Origin: Chiloscyllium plagiosum
Lineage: Eukaryota
Direction of reading: 5' to 3'
Length of the DNA stretch: 64,000 nt
Assembly (NCBI RefSeq): GCF_004010195.1
Contig: NC_057717.1
Coordinates: 106,706,566-106,770,565 of the forward strand
Shown here: piece after piece, positions 21,530 through 34,739 of the stretch
Layout: each line of letters starts with the position of its first letter
How positions within the stretch are numbered: position 1 is the first letter of the stretch
Notes under the pieces: model-generated
What the model saw: the letters and a program-made list of their open reading frames with translations, nothing else
Databases searched by the model: none
What the model was told of the DNA's origin: nothing
Position numbers and translations under genes: made by a program

Positions 21530-23422
21530 CTGACACTGGTCAAGTACTGCGCCCTCACACTGGGCACTGGTCTTGAACTGGAATTCTCACACTGGGCACT
21601 GGTCACAAACTGGACCCTCACACTGGGCACTGGTCATGAACTGGAACCCTCATTCCCAAGCACTGATCATGAACTGGAACCCTCACAATGGGCACTGATC
21701 ATGAACTGGAACCCTCACACTGGGGACTGACCATGAACTGGAACCCTCACACTGGGCACTGGTCATGAACTGGAACCCTCACACTGGGGACTGATCATGA
21801 ACTGGAACCCTCACACTGGGGACTGATCATGAACTGGAACCCTCATTCCCAAGCACTGATCATGAACTGGAACCCTCACACTGGGCACTGGTCATGAACT
21901 GGAACCCTCACAATGGGCACTGGTCATGAACTGGAACCCTCACACTGGGAACTGATCATGAACTGGAACCCTCACACTGGGAACTGATCATGAACCGGAA
22001 CCCTCACACTGGGCACTGACCATGAACTGGAACCCTCACACTGGGGACTGACCATGAACTGGAACCCTCACACTGGGCACTGGTCATGAACTGGAACCCT
22101 CACACTAGGGACTGACCATGAACTGGAACCCTCACACTGGGCACTGACCATGAACTGGAACCCTCACACTGGGCACTGATCATGAACTGGAACCCTCACA
22201 CTGGGCACTGATCATGAACTGGAACCCTCACACTGGGCACTGGTCATGAACTGGAACCCTCACACTGGGGACTGACCATGAACTGGAACCCTCACACAGG
22301 GCACTGACCATGAACTGGAACCCTCACACTAGTCACTGATCATGAACTGGAACCCTCACACTGGGCATTGGTCATGAACTGGCACCCTCACACTGGGCAC
22401 TGGTCATGAACTGGAACCCTCTCCCTGGGGACTGGTCATGAATGGACTCCTCAACTGGGCACTGGTCATGAACTGGAACCCTCACAATGGGCACTGATCA
22501 TGAACTGGAACCCTCACACTGGGCACTGACCATGAACTGGAACCCTCACGGTGGGCACTGGTCTTGAACTGGAACCCTCACGGTGGGCACTGGTCATGAA
22601 CTGGAACCCTCACACTGGGCACTGATCATGAACTGGAACCCTCACGGTGGGCATTGGTCATGAACTGGAACCCTCTCCCTGGGGACTGGTCATGAACTGG
22701 AACCCTCACACTGGGCACTGATCATGAACTGGAACCCTCACGGTGGGCACTGACCATGAACTGGAACCCTCACACTGGGCACTGACCATGAACTGGAACC
22801 CTCACACTGGGGACTGATCATGAACTGGAATCCTCCCACTGGGCACTGATCATGAGCTGGAATCCTCACACTGGGCACTGACCATGAGCTGGAATCCTCA
22901 CACTGGGCACTGACCATGAACTGGAACCCTCACACTGGGCACTGATCACGAGCTGGAATCCTCACACTGGGCACTGACCATGAGCTGGAATCCTCACACT
23001 GGGCACTGATCATGAACTGGAACCCTCACACTGGGCACTGACCATGAGCTGCAATCCTCACACTGGGCACTGACCATGAACTGGAACCCTCACACTGGGC
23101 ACTGATCACGAGCTGGAATCCTCACACTGGGCACTGACCATGAGCTGGAATCCTCACACTGGGCACTGATCATGAACTGGAACCCTCACACTGGGCACTG
23201 ATCATGAACTGGAACCCTCACACTGGGGACTGATCATGAACTGGAACCCTCACACTGGGCACTGATCATCAGCTGGAATCCTCACACTGGGCACTGACCA
23301 TGTACTGGAACCCTCACACTGGGCATTGGTCATGAACTGGAACCCTCACACTGGGGACTGATCATGAACTGGAACCCTCACACTGGGCACTGATCATGAC
23401 CTGGAATCCTCATACTAAGCAC
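21530..23422. repeat. 32-bp minisatellite, roughly 58-59 units
   Basis: Unit CTGGAACCCTCACACTGGGCACTGATCATGAA; spacing checked at 21674 to 21706. Confidence 0.97.
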
Positions 23423-23879
23423 TAATTAGACACAGTGTCTTCCATGTGTACTGTGGCTGTGCTCTGTGTTATTGCACACTGAGCTCTCAGATTTGTTGCC
23501 TTGTCATTAAATGTCGAGTCAGTTCATTTTTGTACGGAAAGACATGTTCACACTATTCTGAGTACTTAATATTCTTACTAAGAGCAAGGTTAATAGGCTG
23601 ACACTTATCTCAGCAGCTATTTGAAGACAGCCATGAGCATCATGATCAGCTTCCTTTCCACGTGAGAGAATCTGACATTTCCTGCAAAATCACACCCTGG
23701 TAAAAAGTTGTTGATCCAGGAAACAGAAGCAACCCAAATACCCTCTGGTTCGACCACAACCAAGCATTCTTGTTCAGTAAATGCTGATTAACTGTCACAT
23801 AATGACACCTCCCCCTAAGCAGATAGGAGCAACAGCAGCAGAGCATCATTAGTTGTTCAGCGACTGGATGTTCAGTCCT

Positions 23880-24075
23880 GTAACAGGAGTCCCAGAGTCC
23901 AGTGACCAGAAATCAGAGATGGGAAATCTGAGAGTTAAAGTCCAGAGGCTCAAAGTCCAGTTAGAGGAGGGTCTAGGTCTGGAGCTACTGAGGTCCAGTG
24001 ACGGGAGACTCAGGGTCCAATGATCAAAATCCAGTGAAGGGAGGCCTAGGGTCCAGAGACCAGAATCTAATGACA
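23880..24075. repeat. Degenerate short tandem repeat (GGGTCCAG(T/A)GA motifs)
   Basis: Recurrent GTCCAG(T/A)G units. Confidence 0.5.
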
Positions 24076-24254
24076 GGATGCAGGCACACATTCTAGTGAG
24101 TATGATCAGAAGTAAAAACTCAGGATAGTTTTATTTTTCAGTCTCAGGCTAGAGGCACTGACAGCAATTTCAAACTCCAGCATTGCTCAGCCTGAGATCT
24201 GCTAGAACTGATCACGCGCTAAAACAAACATCCTGGACTCTCTTAATCTGATCA

Positions 24255-25630
24255 GAACATTAAGAAAATATTGAGTAGGAGCATAAATAGACCACTTGGC
24301 TATTCAAGCTTGCTTCACTATTTATTAAAAACACTGTTGATCTGTTTGTGTTTCGAATTCCACATTCCATCTGCAATCAATAAACTTTCATTCCCCTACC
24401 CTGACAGGAATCTATCCAGTTCCACCTTGAGTATTGTGTGCAGTTTTGGTCTCTCAATCTGAAGAAAGACATTCTCACTATTGAGGGAGTCCAGCAAAGG
24501 TTCACCAGACTGATTCCCGGGATGGCAGGACTGACATATGAGGAAAGGCTGGATCGACTGGGCTTGTCCTCACTGGAATTTAGAAGAATGAGGGAGGAGT
24601 CTCATAGAAACATAAAATCCTGAGGGGGCTGGACAGGCTAGATGTGGGAAGAATGTTCCTGATATTGGGGAAATCTAGAAGTAGGGGCCACAGTCTAAGA
24701 ATAAAGGGTCAACCATTTAGGACTGAGATGAGGATGAATTTCTTCACCCAGAGAATTGTGAACCTGTGGAATTCTCTCCCACAGGAAGTTGTTGGGGCCA
24801 GTTCATTACTTATATTCAAGAAGGAGGTGGACATGGTCCTAGTGGTAAAAGGGATCCAGGGTATGGGGAGAGGGGAAGAGTGGGATACTGAGACTTTGTG
24901 TTTAGCCGTGATCATATTGAATGGTGGTGCAGGTTCGAAGGGCTGAATGGCCTACCCCTGTACCTATTTTTCTATATTAACAATATTCAATGACCCTGCC
25001 TCCACCACCAACTGAGGCAGACAATTCCAAAATCACACAACCCTCTGAGGAAACAAATTCTCCTCATCTCTGTCCTAAATGGGACGTGTCTTGTTCTGGG
25101 TTCACTCAAAACAGGCAAAATCACTTCCAAGTCCTTGTTAAGATGGCTTAGAATCTTATATACTTCAGTTAAATCATTCCTCACTCTTCTAATTTCCAGT
25201 AAAAACAAGCCCAGTCTGTCCAACCTTTCCTCATAGGAGAGTTCACTTATTCCAGATATTAATCTCATAAATCTCCTCGGAATTGTCAACAATTCATTTT
25301 CATTTCCTGCTTTAAATAAGGAAACCAATAATATACACACTATTCGTGATGTTCCCTGTAAAACTGAAGCATAACTTCTCTACTTTTACATTCAATTCCG
25401 CTTGCAATAAATGATAAAATTCTATTACTTGCAGTACCTGCATACCAACCATTTTGCAATTCATGCACTCGGAACCCAGATCTCTCTACAACTCAGAACT
25501 CTGCAACATCTCACCATGTAGGTAATGTACTTCTTTATTGTTCCTCCTGTCTAAGTGAAGAATTTCTCATTTTCTCACAAGATATTCCATTTGCCAGACT
25601 TTTGTCAATTCATTTATCCTATCTACGTCC
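24255..25630 (-). mobile_element. CR1 LINE (minus) containing a nested plus-strand CR1
   Basis: LSYEERLDRLGLF..VYKIL at 24987-25340; 3' tail at 24255-24428. Confidence 0.8.
24428..24977 (+). mobile_element. CR1 LINE 3' fragment (nested)
   Basis: EGVQQRFTRLIPG..SRGHSLRI..FFTQRIVNLWNSLP. Confidence 0.9.
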
Positions 25631-26196
25631 CAAAATGTCAGACTCCGCAGTGGTGATGGCACAAAGGTATAAGTCAGGAAGGAGTTGCCCTGGGAGCCAT
25701 AGGCATTGGCTCCATACCCCATGATGTCTCACGGCACCAGATTAAAGACGGGCAACAAAACCTCCTTTCTGATTACCACCTAATCGTCCCACTTAGAGTC
25801 ATAAAGATGTACAGCACGGAAACAGACCCTTCGGTTCAACTCGTCCATGCTGACCAGATATCCAATCTAGTCCCCACTGCCAGCACCCAGCCCATATCTC
25901 TCCAAACCCTTCCTGTTCATATACCTGCTTATGAATCACTACTCCTCTATGTTGGGACACCACTTGGAGGAAGCTATGTGGGTAACAAGGGTGCAGAATG
26001 CACTCTGGGTGGAGGGGTTCAAGGTCCAGTACCCAGAGTTGCTCTTCAGTACTACTAATGACCAAGCCAGTCAAGTTCAAATGGACTACGCTGCTGGTCT
26101 GAGTATGCAAAAGGTGATGAGGGAGTCAAAAAGTCTCATCTATTTGCTTTTGTCCATGACAACATTGATAGGTCTATTCTTGGTTTAGTGGTATTA

Positions 26197-27929
26197 GAAC
26201 TCTGTGAGAAGCTAGAGAAGTGATTGCTGGGCCTCTTGCTGAGATATTTGTATCATCGATAGTCACAGGTGAGATGCCATAGACTGGAGGTTGGCTAACG
26301 TGGTGCCACTGTTTAAGAAGGATGGTAAGGACAAGCCAGGGAACTATAAACCAGTGAGCCTGACGTCGGTGGTGGGCAAGCTGTTGGAGGAAATCCTGAG
26401 GGCCAGGATGTATATGTATTTGGAAAGGCAAGCACTGATTAGGGATAGTCAACATGGCTTTGTGCATGAGAAATCATGTCTCACAAACTTGATTGAGTTT
26501 TTTGTGGAAGTAACAAAGAGGTCTGATGAGGGCAGAGCAGTGATCTATATGGACTTCAGTAAGGCGTTCGACAAGGTTCCTCATGGGAGACTGATTAGCA
26601 AGGTTAGATCTCACGGAATACAGGGAGAACTAACCATTTGGATACAGAACTAGCTCAAAGGTAGAAGACAGAGGGTGGTGGTGGAGGGATGTTTTTCAGA
26701 CTGGAGGCCTGTGACCAGTGGTGTGCCACAAGGATCGGTGCTGGGCCCTCTACCTTTTGTCATTTACACAAATGATTTGGATGCGAGCATAAGAGGTATC
26801 GTTAGTAAGTTTGCAGATGACACCAAAATTGGAGGTGTAGTGGACAGCGAAGAGGGTTACTTCAGATTACAACACGATCTTGACCAAATTGGCCAATGGA
26901 CTCAGAAGTGGCAGATGGAGTTTAATTCAGATAAATATGAGGTGCTGCATTTTGGGAAAGCAAATCTTAGCAGGACTTAGACACTTAATGGTAAGGTCCT
27001 AGGAAGTGTTGCTGAACAAACAGACCTTGGAGTGCAGGTTCATAGTTTCTTGAAAGGGGAGTCGCAAGTAGACAGGATAGTGAAGGCGGCGTTTGGTATG
27101 CTTTCCTTTATTGGTCAGAGTATTGAGTACAGGAGTTGGAAGATCATGTTGCAGCTGTACAGGACATTGGTTCGGCCACTTTTGGAATATTGCATGCAAT
27201 TCTGGTCTCCTTCCTATCGGAAGGATGTTGTGAAACTTGAAAGGATTGAGAAAAGATTTAAAAGGAAGTAGCCAGGATTGGAGGATTTGAGCTACAGGGA
27301 GAGGTTGAATAGGCTAGGGCTGGTTTCCCTGGAGTTGGGAAGTCATGTTGCGGCTGTACAGGACATTGGTTAGGCCATTGTTGGAATATTGCATGCAATT
27401 TGGTCTCCTTCCTATGGGAAAGATGTTCTGAAACTTGAAAGGGTTCAGAAAAGATTTACAAGGATGTTGCCAGGGTTGGAGGAGTTGAGCTATAGGGAGA
27501 GGCTGAATAGGCTAGAGCCGATTTCCCTGGAGTGTCGGAGGCTGAGGGGTGGCCTCATAGAGGTTTCTCAAATCATGTGGGGCATGGATAGGGTAAATAG
27601 GCAAAGTCTTTTCCCTGGGGTCAGGGAGTCCAGAACTAGAGGGCATAGGTTTAGGGTAAGAGGGGAAGGATAATAAAAGAGACCTACGGGGCAACCTTTT
27701 CACACAGAGGGTGGTGCGTGCTTGGAATGAGCTGCCAGAGGAAGTGGTAGAGGCTGGCACAATTGCAACATTTAAGAGGCATTTAGATGGGTATATGAAA
27801 AGGAAAGGTTTGGAGGGATATGGGCCGGGTGCTGGCAGGTGGGACTAGATTGTGTTGGGATATCTGGTCTGCATGGATGGGTTGGACCAAAGGGTCTGTT
27901 TCCATGCTGTACATCTCTATGACTCTATG
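26197..27929 (+). mobile_element. CR1 LINE RT region to 3' tail, with internal ~200-bp duplication
   Basis: ANVVPLFKK..YMDFSKAFDKVPH..SGVPQGSVLGP..KFADDTK; tail CTCTATGACTCTATGA. Confidence 0.95.
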
Positions 27930-29955
27930 AGGAGAGGTTGAGTATGTTGGACCTGTACCTATTGGAGTTCTGAAGAATGAGAGGAGATCTTATTATGAGA
28001 GGAAAATACAAGGTTATTAGGGGGCTTGACAGGCTAAATGCAGAGAGGCTGTTTCACATTGTGAGAGAGTCTCGGATCAGAGGCCTTGATCTCAGAATAA
28101 GGGGTTGCCCAATTAAGACAGATGAAGATTGTTTTCAAAGGGTAGTGAATTTGTGGAATTCTTTACCATAAAGGGCTGTAGAGCAGGGTCATTAAGTATA
28201 GTCAAGGCTGAGATTCACAGAACTTTGTGGGAAGATAGGGAAGAGAATGCTGGGGCCCTTGCTGAGATATTTGTATCATCACAGTCATGGGTGATATGCC
28301 GGAACACTGGAGCTTGGCTAATGTGGTGCCACTATTTAAGAAAGGTGACCAGTCAGCTTGACATCAGTGGTGGGTAAGTTGTTGAGGAAATTCTGAAGAA
28401 CTGGATTTATATGCATTTGAAAAGGCAAGAACTGATAGCCAACATGGCTTTGTACATGGGAAACTGTGTCTCACTAACTTGATTGACTTTTTTGAAGAGA
28501 TGGCAAAGAAGATTGATGAAGAAAGAGTGGTTATATGGACTTTAGCAAAGTGCTCAACAAGGTTCCGTATATTAGACTGTTAGGAAGGTTAGCTCACATG
28601 GAATCCAAGGGGAGTTAGCCATTTGGATGCAAAATTCGTTTGAAGGTAGGAGACAGAGGTGGTGGTAGACAGTTGGTTTTTGGACTGGAGGGCTGTGACG
28701 AGCAGTGTGTCACAAGGATTGGTGCTGGGTCCACTGCTTTTAGTCATTTATATAAATGATTTGGATGTGAATAAAGGAGGTATGGTTAGTAAATTTGCAG
28801 ATTATACCAAAATTGGAGGTGCAGCGAACAACGAAGAGAGTTATCTCAGACATAATATGACCTTGATCAGATGGGCCAATGGGCTGAGGAGTGGCAGAGG
28901 GAGTTTAATTTAAATCAATGTGAGATGCTGCATTTTGGTAAGATAAATTTGGAAAGGACTTATACAGTTAATGGTAGGGCGCTGGGGAGTGTTGCTGAAC
29001 AAACAGACATAGGGATGTAGGTGCATTGTTCCTTGAAAGTGGAGTCGCAGATAGACAGGGTGCCGGAGAAAGCATTTGGCACGCTTGCCTTCATTGGTTA
29101 GTGCATTTTGTAAAGGAGTTGGAATGTCATGTTGTGGCTGTACAGGATGTTGTTGAGGCCACTTTTAGAGTATTGCATTCAATTCTGGCCTCCCTGCTAT
29201 GTGAAAGATGATATGAAACTTGAAAGGGTTCAGAAAAGATTTACAAGAATTGTTGCCGAGATTGGGGGTTTGAGCTATTGGGAGAGGCTGGATAGTCTGG
29301 GGCTTTTCTCCCTAGAGTTTTGGAGGCTGAGAGGTGACCTTATAGAGGTTTATAAAATCATGAGGGGCCTGGATAGGGTGAATAGACAAGGTATTTCCCT
29401 GGGTTGGAGGATTAGGGTGAGGGGGAAAGATTTAAAAGGGACCTAAGGGGTAACTTTGGGGGCTGAGAGGCTTGAATAGGTTGAATAGCTAAGGTCTTTT
29501 TCCACGGATAGGGTATCCAAAAATGAGAGGGCATAGTTTAAGGTGAGAGGGGAAAGACTTAAAAGAGACCCGAGGGACAACCTTTTCACTCAGAGGGTGG
29601 TGCATGTGTGGAATAAGCTGCCAGAGGAAGTGGTGGAGGCTGGTGCAATTACAACATTTAAAAGACATCTGGATGGGTACACGAATCGGAAGGGTTTAGA
29701 GAGATATGGGCCAAATGCTGGCAAAAGGGATTAGATCAGTTTAGGATACCTGGTTGGCAGGGATGAGCTGGACTTATGGATCTGTTCCCATGTTATATGA
29801 CAGACTTTTAATCAGCAAGGAAATCAAGGTTATGGGGAAAAGACAGGAAAATTGAGCTGAGGAGTATCAGATCAGCCACGATCTCATTGAATGGAGAGGA
29901 GTAGATTCGATGGACGAAATGGCTGACTTCTGCTCTTACATCTTATGTCTTAAGA
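27930..29955 (+). mobile_element. Nested CR1 LINEs (28219-29800 inserted into an older copy)
   Basis: Outer copy breaks at ..GAGATTCACAGA (28218) and resumes at CAGACTTTTAATC (29800); inner copy has KFADYTK and RPLLEYCIQFW. Confidence 0.85.
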
Positions 29956-30289
29956 CTATTTGTGGATGTATAGATGGCATAAGTAACACTTAATTGTAAA
30001 GACGTTTTTACATTTGGAAATATATATTCACTTTTCATCACTTTGTGTGAGCAAAGTGTCTGTTTAGCTGCTGCCACAAGATTGAAGACGCAGAGCGTCA
30101 CCATCCTTAATGCAACACAAGGTTTTGTGGTCCAAGATATAAAGTGAGCAGCTCCTGAAACAAGTGCAGACTACTGGAAGGTGCTTGCTACTTTGGCAAC
30201 TAGAGTGAACCATTCTAGGCCACAACTCACTGCTTGTACATCATAGTCATTAGTGGTGTTGGTTAATGATGTTACATCATGTGGTCATG

Positions 30290-31738
30290 AGAACTTCTAA
30301 CCCACCAACAATGTGACTTCATGTGGCCTATTTTATTGCAGTGAAAACACCTGAGCTTTTTACTTCTCTTCTCACTGCCGCCCCCCTCTCCCCCCCACCT
30401 GCTCATGAGTTTCCTTTCACTATCTAGTAACCTACATTTACTATCTTCAATGAGATTTCCTTTTCCCTTACCAACTGAGGATTTTTCTTTTCCCCAATTT
30501 ATATCCCCCACAGGACATTTAAATGGTCATTGGATAGGAATATGGATGAGAATGTAATAGTGTAGGTTAGATGGGCTTCAGATTGGTTTCCCAGGTCGGC
30601 ATAACATCGAGGGCCAAAGGGCCTGTTCTATGCTGTAATGTTCTATGTTCTATGAAATTGATGTCGGAAGGCAAACTCTGATTTATGAACTAACTCAAAA
30701 TCATCTGCAATTTCAGTTGCTAATTCTCTGCTCTTCCACAAGTTCTCCCTACTTTAGGAAATGAATTTTTGAACTCCTCCAAAATAATTATCTCTCTAAG
30801 AGTGTCATATGTTTGACCAATTTTGAATGCCTTTTCCACTTATCAAAATTATTTTGTTTAATCCTTTTAAACTCTATGTATATTTGACCAGGTTCTCTTC
30901 TTAGATTCTTAAAACATTCTCTGTAGGCTTCTGGTACTAGCTCATATGCACTTAAAATGACTTTTTTCACCTCCTCATACTCCTCAGATAACTCCTCTGA
31001 TAGTAATGCAGTACTATATCTCACTAGCTTTTTCCACCAACTTTGTTTGTTTAGCCAATTACTCAAATGAAATGAAAAAGTTTTCTACATCCTTGTCAAA
31101 CTTAGGTAATGCTTAGACATACTTAAACAAATCCCACCAGTCCCTTGGCTACGATGGAATTGCTTTCCATCACTGTTGCCATCACTTCTCTTAACTTTCA
31201 CGTCTACCTCCGCCATTTTAAGTCGAATTTGAGTTTTTAGTTCCAACTTCTGAAGTTCAAAAACTCTTTCTTTCTCCCACTGGGGCCTTCCTTTCCTTTT
31301 CCTTTTCCTCTGTTTTTAATAGTAATTCAAACTGTTTCATTTCCTTTAAATGTTCAAGCTGCTTCAATTACAATTGAATTTTTAGCAATTTCCAATAATT
31401 CTGATGACTATTCCACCAATCGTAAATATCGAATTATTGCTGCAATTGCCTTCCCTTTACACATGGACAAAGGCAACTCCAACTCCAGCAAGTCTGCCAA
31501 TTCCAAAGGTTTTGCCTTGCTCACTTTCTGTAAAACTTCTGAAGTGACTTCTTCCACCCCTAGGAAATTCATAGTGACTGAAAGAGCCATCACCACACAA
31601 GGCACACCCTGTTTAAAACAATCAAACGCAAATTCTGAAATAAAAAGTACCGACACTCACCACTCACTGCCTTTGAGTCAGACAATCTTAGACCCAGCCT
31701 GGAATTAGAGATTTTGATCCCGACAAAAGCCTGCAATT
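30290..31738 (-). mobile_element. Gypsy LTR element gag relic (SCAN-like capsid region + CCHC knuckle) with PBS
   Basis: YEEVKKVILSAYELVPEAYRECFKNLR; CFHCNKIGHMKSHC; decayed tRNA-Pro-type PBS (TGCAGGCTTTTGTCGGGAT) at 31717-31735. A CR1 tail is inserted at 30510-30655. Confidence 0.85.
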
Positions 31739-32026
31739 TGTTACAGACCTGACTAAATACCTTCAAAATATATTAAGAAGACAGCCAAGACCCTAACTTT
31801 TTCTTATTTTAAAGATGAGTGCCAAACGTTGCATTTTGGATGCAATTTGATTGGTCAAACTACCAGTCTTGAAGTAAAACACATATCCATACACATACTC
31901 TTTACTCATACACTATAGTTAAAATACAGTAAAAGAAGTTGTTTCCATGCTATTCATCTCTATGACTCTAAATTGGAATAACTCTACTGGAAAACTTAAC
32001 AGAATAAAAGATAATTTAAACCACAG

Positions 32027-33207
32027 GTTAGGTAGACTGGAGGTTGGCGAACATGATGCCACTATTTAAGAAAGGTGGTAAGGAAAAGCCAGGGAACCAC
32101 AGGCTGACATCAGAAGTGGGCAAGTTGTTGAAGGGAATCCCAAGGGACAGAATGTACATGCATTTGGAAACTGATTAGGGATAGTCAACGTGCATGGGAA
32201 ATCATGTCTCACTATCGTGATTGAGTTTTTTGAAGAAGTAATGAAGAGAATTGATGATGACAGAACTGTGGACGTGCTCTATACGGAATTCAGTAATGCT
32301 TTTGATAAGATTCCTCGTGGTAGACTGGTTAATAAGGTTAGATCACATGGAATACAGGGAGAAGTCGTCATTTGGATACAGAACTGGCTTGAAGGTATGA
32401 GACAGAGGGTGTTGGTGGAGGGTTGCTTTTCAGACTGGAGGCTTATGACCAGCAGTGTGCCACAAGGATGGTGCTGGGCCCACTGCTTTTTGTCATTTAT
32501 ATAAATGATTTGGATGAGAATATAGGAGGTATGGTTAGTAAATTTGCAGCCGATATCAAACTTGGAGATAAGACCATAAGACCATAAGACATAGGAGTGG
32601 AAGTAAGGCCATTCGGCCCATCGAGTCCACTCCGCCATTCAATCATGGCTGATGCGCATTTCAGCTCCACTTACCAGCGTTCTCCCCATAGCCCTTAATT
32701 CCTCTAGACAACAAGAATCTATCAATCTTGGCCTTGAAGACATTTAGCGTCCCGGCTTCCACTGCACTCCGTGGCAATGAATTCCACAGGCCCACCACTC
32801 TCTGGCTGAAGAAATGTCTCCGCATTTCTATTCTGAAATGACCCCCTCTAATTCTAAGGCTGTGTCCACGGGTCCTAGTCTCCTCGTTTAACTGAAACAA
32901 TTTCCTAGCATCCACCTTTTCCAAGCCATGTATTATTTTGTACGTCTCTATTAAGTCTCCCCTTAATCTTCTAAACTCCAACGAATACAATCCCAGTATC
33001 CTCAGCCGTTCCTCATATGTTAGACCTGTCATTCCAGGGATCATCCGTGTGAAAATGTAGTGGATGTAGTGGACAGCAAAAAAGGTTACGTCAGAGTACA
33101 ACGGGATCTTGATCAGTTGGGCCACTGGCTGAGGAGTGGCAGATGGAGTATGATTTAGATAAATGTGAGGTGTTGCTTCAATGCTGTATATCTCAATGAC
33201 TCTGTGA
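32027..33207 (+). mobile_element. CR1 LINE fragment inside the LTR
   Basis: HGKSCLT..AFDKIP..SVPQG..KFAAD. Confidence 0.88.
32567..33052 (-). mobile_element. Young CR1 3' fragment nested in a CR1
   Basis: Open frame RMIPGMTGLTYEERL..RRLRGDLIETYKI..WNSLP; tail (TCTTATGG)n. Confidence 0.92.
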
Positions 33208-34739
33208 CTATTACTAAGTAACTGTTCCAACAAAGTAATATCACATAAACACACCCTTGGCAAAGACAAATTCAGTAAAATAGATTGTCTCACAAGAAAT
33301 TCTAGCAGCAAGAACATAGCCCAAGCTCTTAGCTGTAACAGAGAGAAGAATAACAGCTTCCACATCCAGCTTTATGACCCCATCAGCAACTGCTACTGAA
33401 AGCTAAAACTAAAAATCCTTGTTCTGTGAGAGCTTGACAGCACCCATTCATGCCGCATCTATTGCTCCAACTTTAAAAGAAACCCCAAGACTTCACAAAT
33501 TGTTTATTTCATTGGCTCCAAGTAAATTGTTCGTCACCTCTCTCTGTCAACCTTTCTTCATCAAAAAAGCATTTAAAACATCTCTTAAAGACATGGTATC
33601 ATTACATGGGTAATGCTTGAAGGTGTCTTCCAGCTGAACTGTATGGTTGTCTGCGTAATGATGTTGATGTACCTTTGGAGGGCCTTACATCTTCAATAGT
33701 TGAAGTCCCATCCCACGAAATGAAACGCATTCCAGGTCTGATGGCAGCCATTTGCAGTTCTGTTGCACTTGTTATTTGCAGCATGATAGAAGGAAACAGC
33801 TGTCATGCTTTATGCAGTGAGTCTCAGCCTCAGCCTCTTACCCTTGATGAACTCCCAAATGTACACATTCTCCTCCCAGTACCCCCAACCCCACTGGCTA
33901 TGAGCTTCCCAAGCACCTACCCAAACTATCTATCAAAATTTACATCTGCTTACTTTACACCCAACTGCAGCTATATCGGGCCAACATGCCAGATAATAGT
34001 TGTGCTCTATCTCACCAAAGCAAGGGTGTTGCTGACTGTCGATGATACTCACCTCCCCCTGCATTGTTCTTTAATGGTCTATCATCGTCCCCCTTCAAAA
34101 TATATTGATTTGCCCTACTTTCCAAATTGGAATACCCCTGCATACATTTTCCAATTCTCACATTTGAGTTCCCCAGCTTTCCTCCTGTAGCAATAAGCCC
34201 TGATAATAAACCAATGACTTTTCAAGGATGGAGCCGCAGAATTGGCCTTGACCCATCTGTTGACTGATTTGAACGACCAGCCAATACTGATGACTGGCCA
34301 TGTTCCTGACCAATCTCTGTGCAGCTTCCTGACTGATTTCCTGCAACTTCCTGGACTGGTTGCACCAGATACACAGAGCTGACATACATCAACTTTCCAA
34401 ACTGTCGGAGTTTGGACCCCCAACCACCCAAATGACAGACTGACCATATCCAATCCTTGGAATGATGTTAGAAGCTGCCCTTGACTTATTGTTTGGGACC
34501 TCCTGACTGAAAGTAAGCTCCCTTGATTTGACTGAGGACTACTCCCTTTAGACTTTGAGACCTGGCCATGTTTAATACAGTTGCAGTGTACTTGCTACAT
34601 AGCTACTGGTATGTGGTGGAGGTGTGAGATTGACCGAGCACATCAGAGGATAGGCAGGAATGTGGATTTGATGATCAGGTATTGTCTTATTAAATGGTAA
34701 GTGGCCTCCTCCTGCTCCTACCCTATATGTTTGCATTAA

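Larger units (their letters stand above)
31739..33606 (-). mobile_element. 5' LTR of the Gypsy element, split by nested CR1 insertions
   Basis: Minus strand begins TGTAATG (33606) and ends TGTAACA (31739), directly followed by the PBS. Confidence 0.65.

Noticed and set aside
21530..23422. CRISPR-like array or repetitive coding region
   Set aside because: Contiguous 32-bp units without unique spacers, no cas genes, eukaryotic context; 32 is not a multiple of 3 and stops are frequent.
33615..34560. Cluster of overlapping ORFs (171, 112 and 75 aa)
   Set aside because: No recognisable domain or consistent splice structure; may be a decayed transposon but I cannot support a call.
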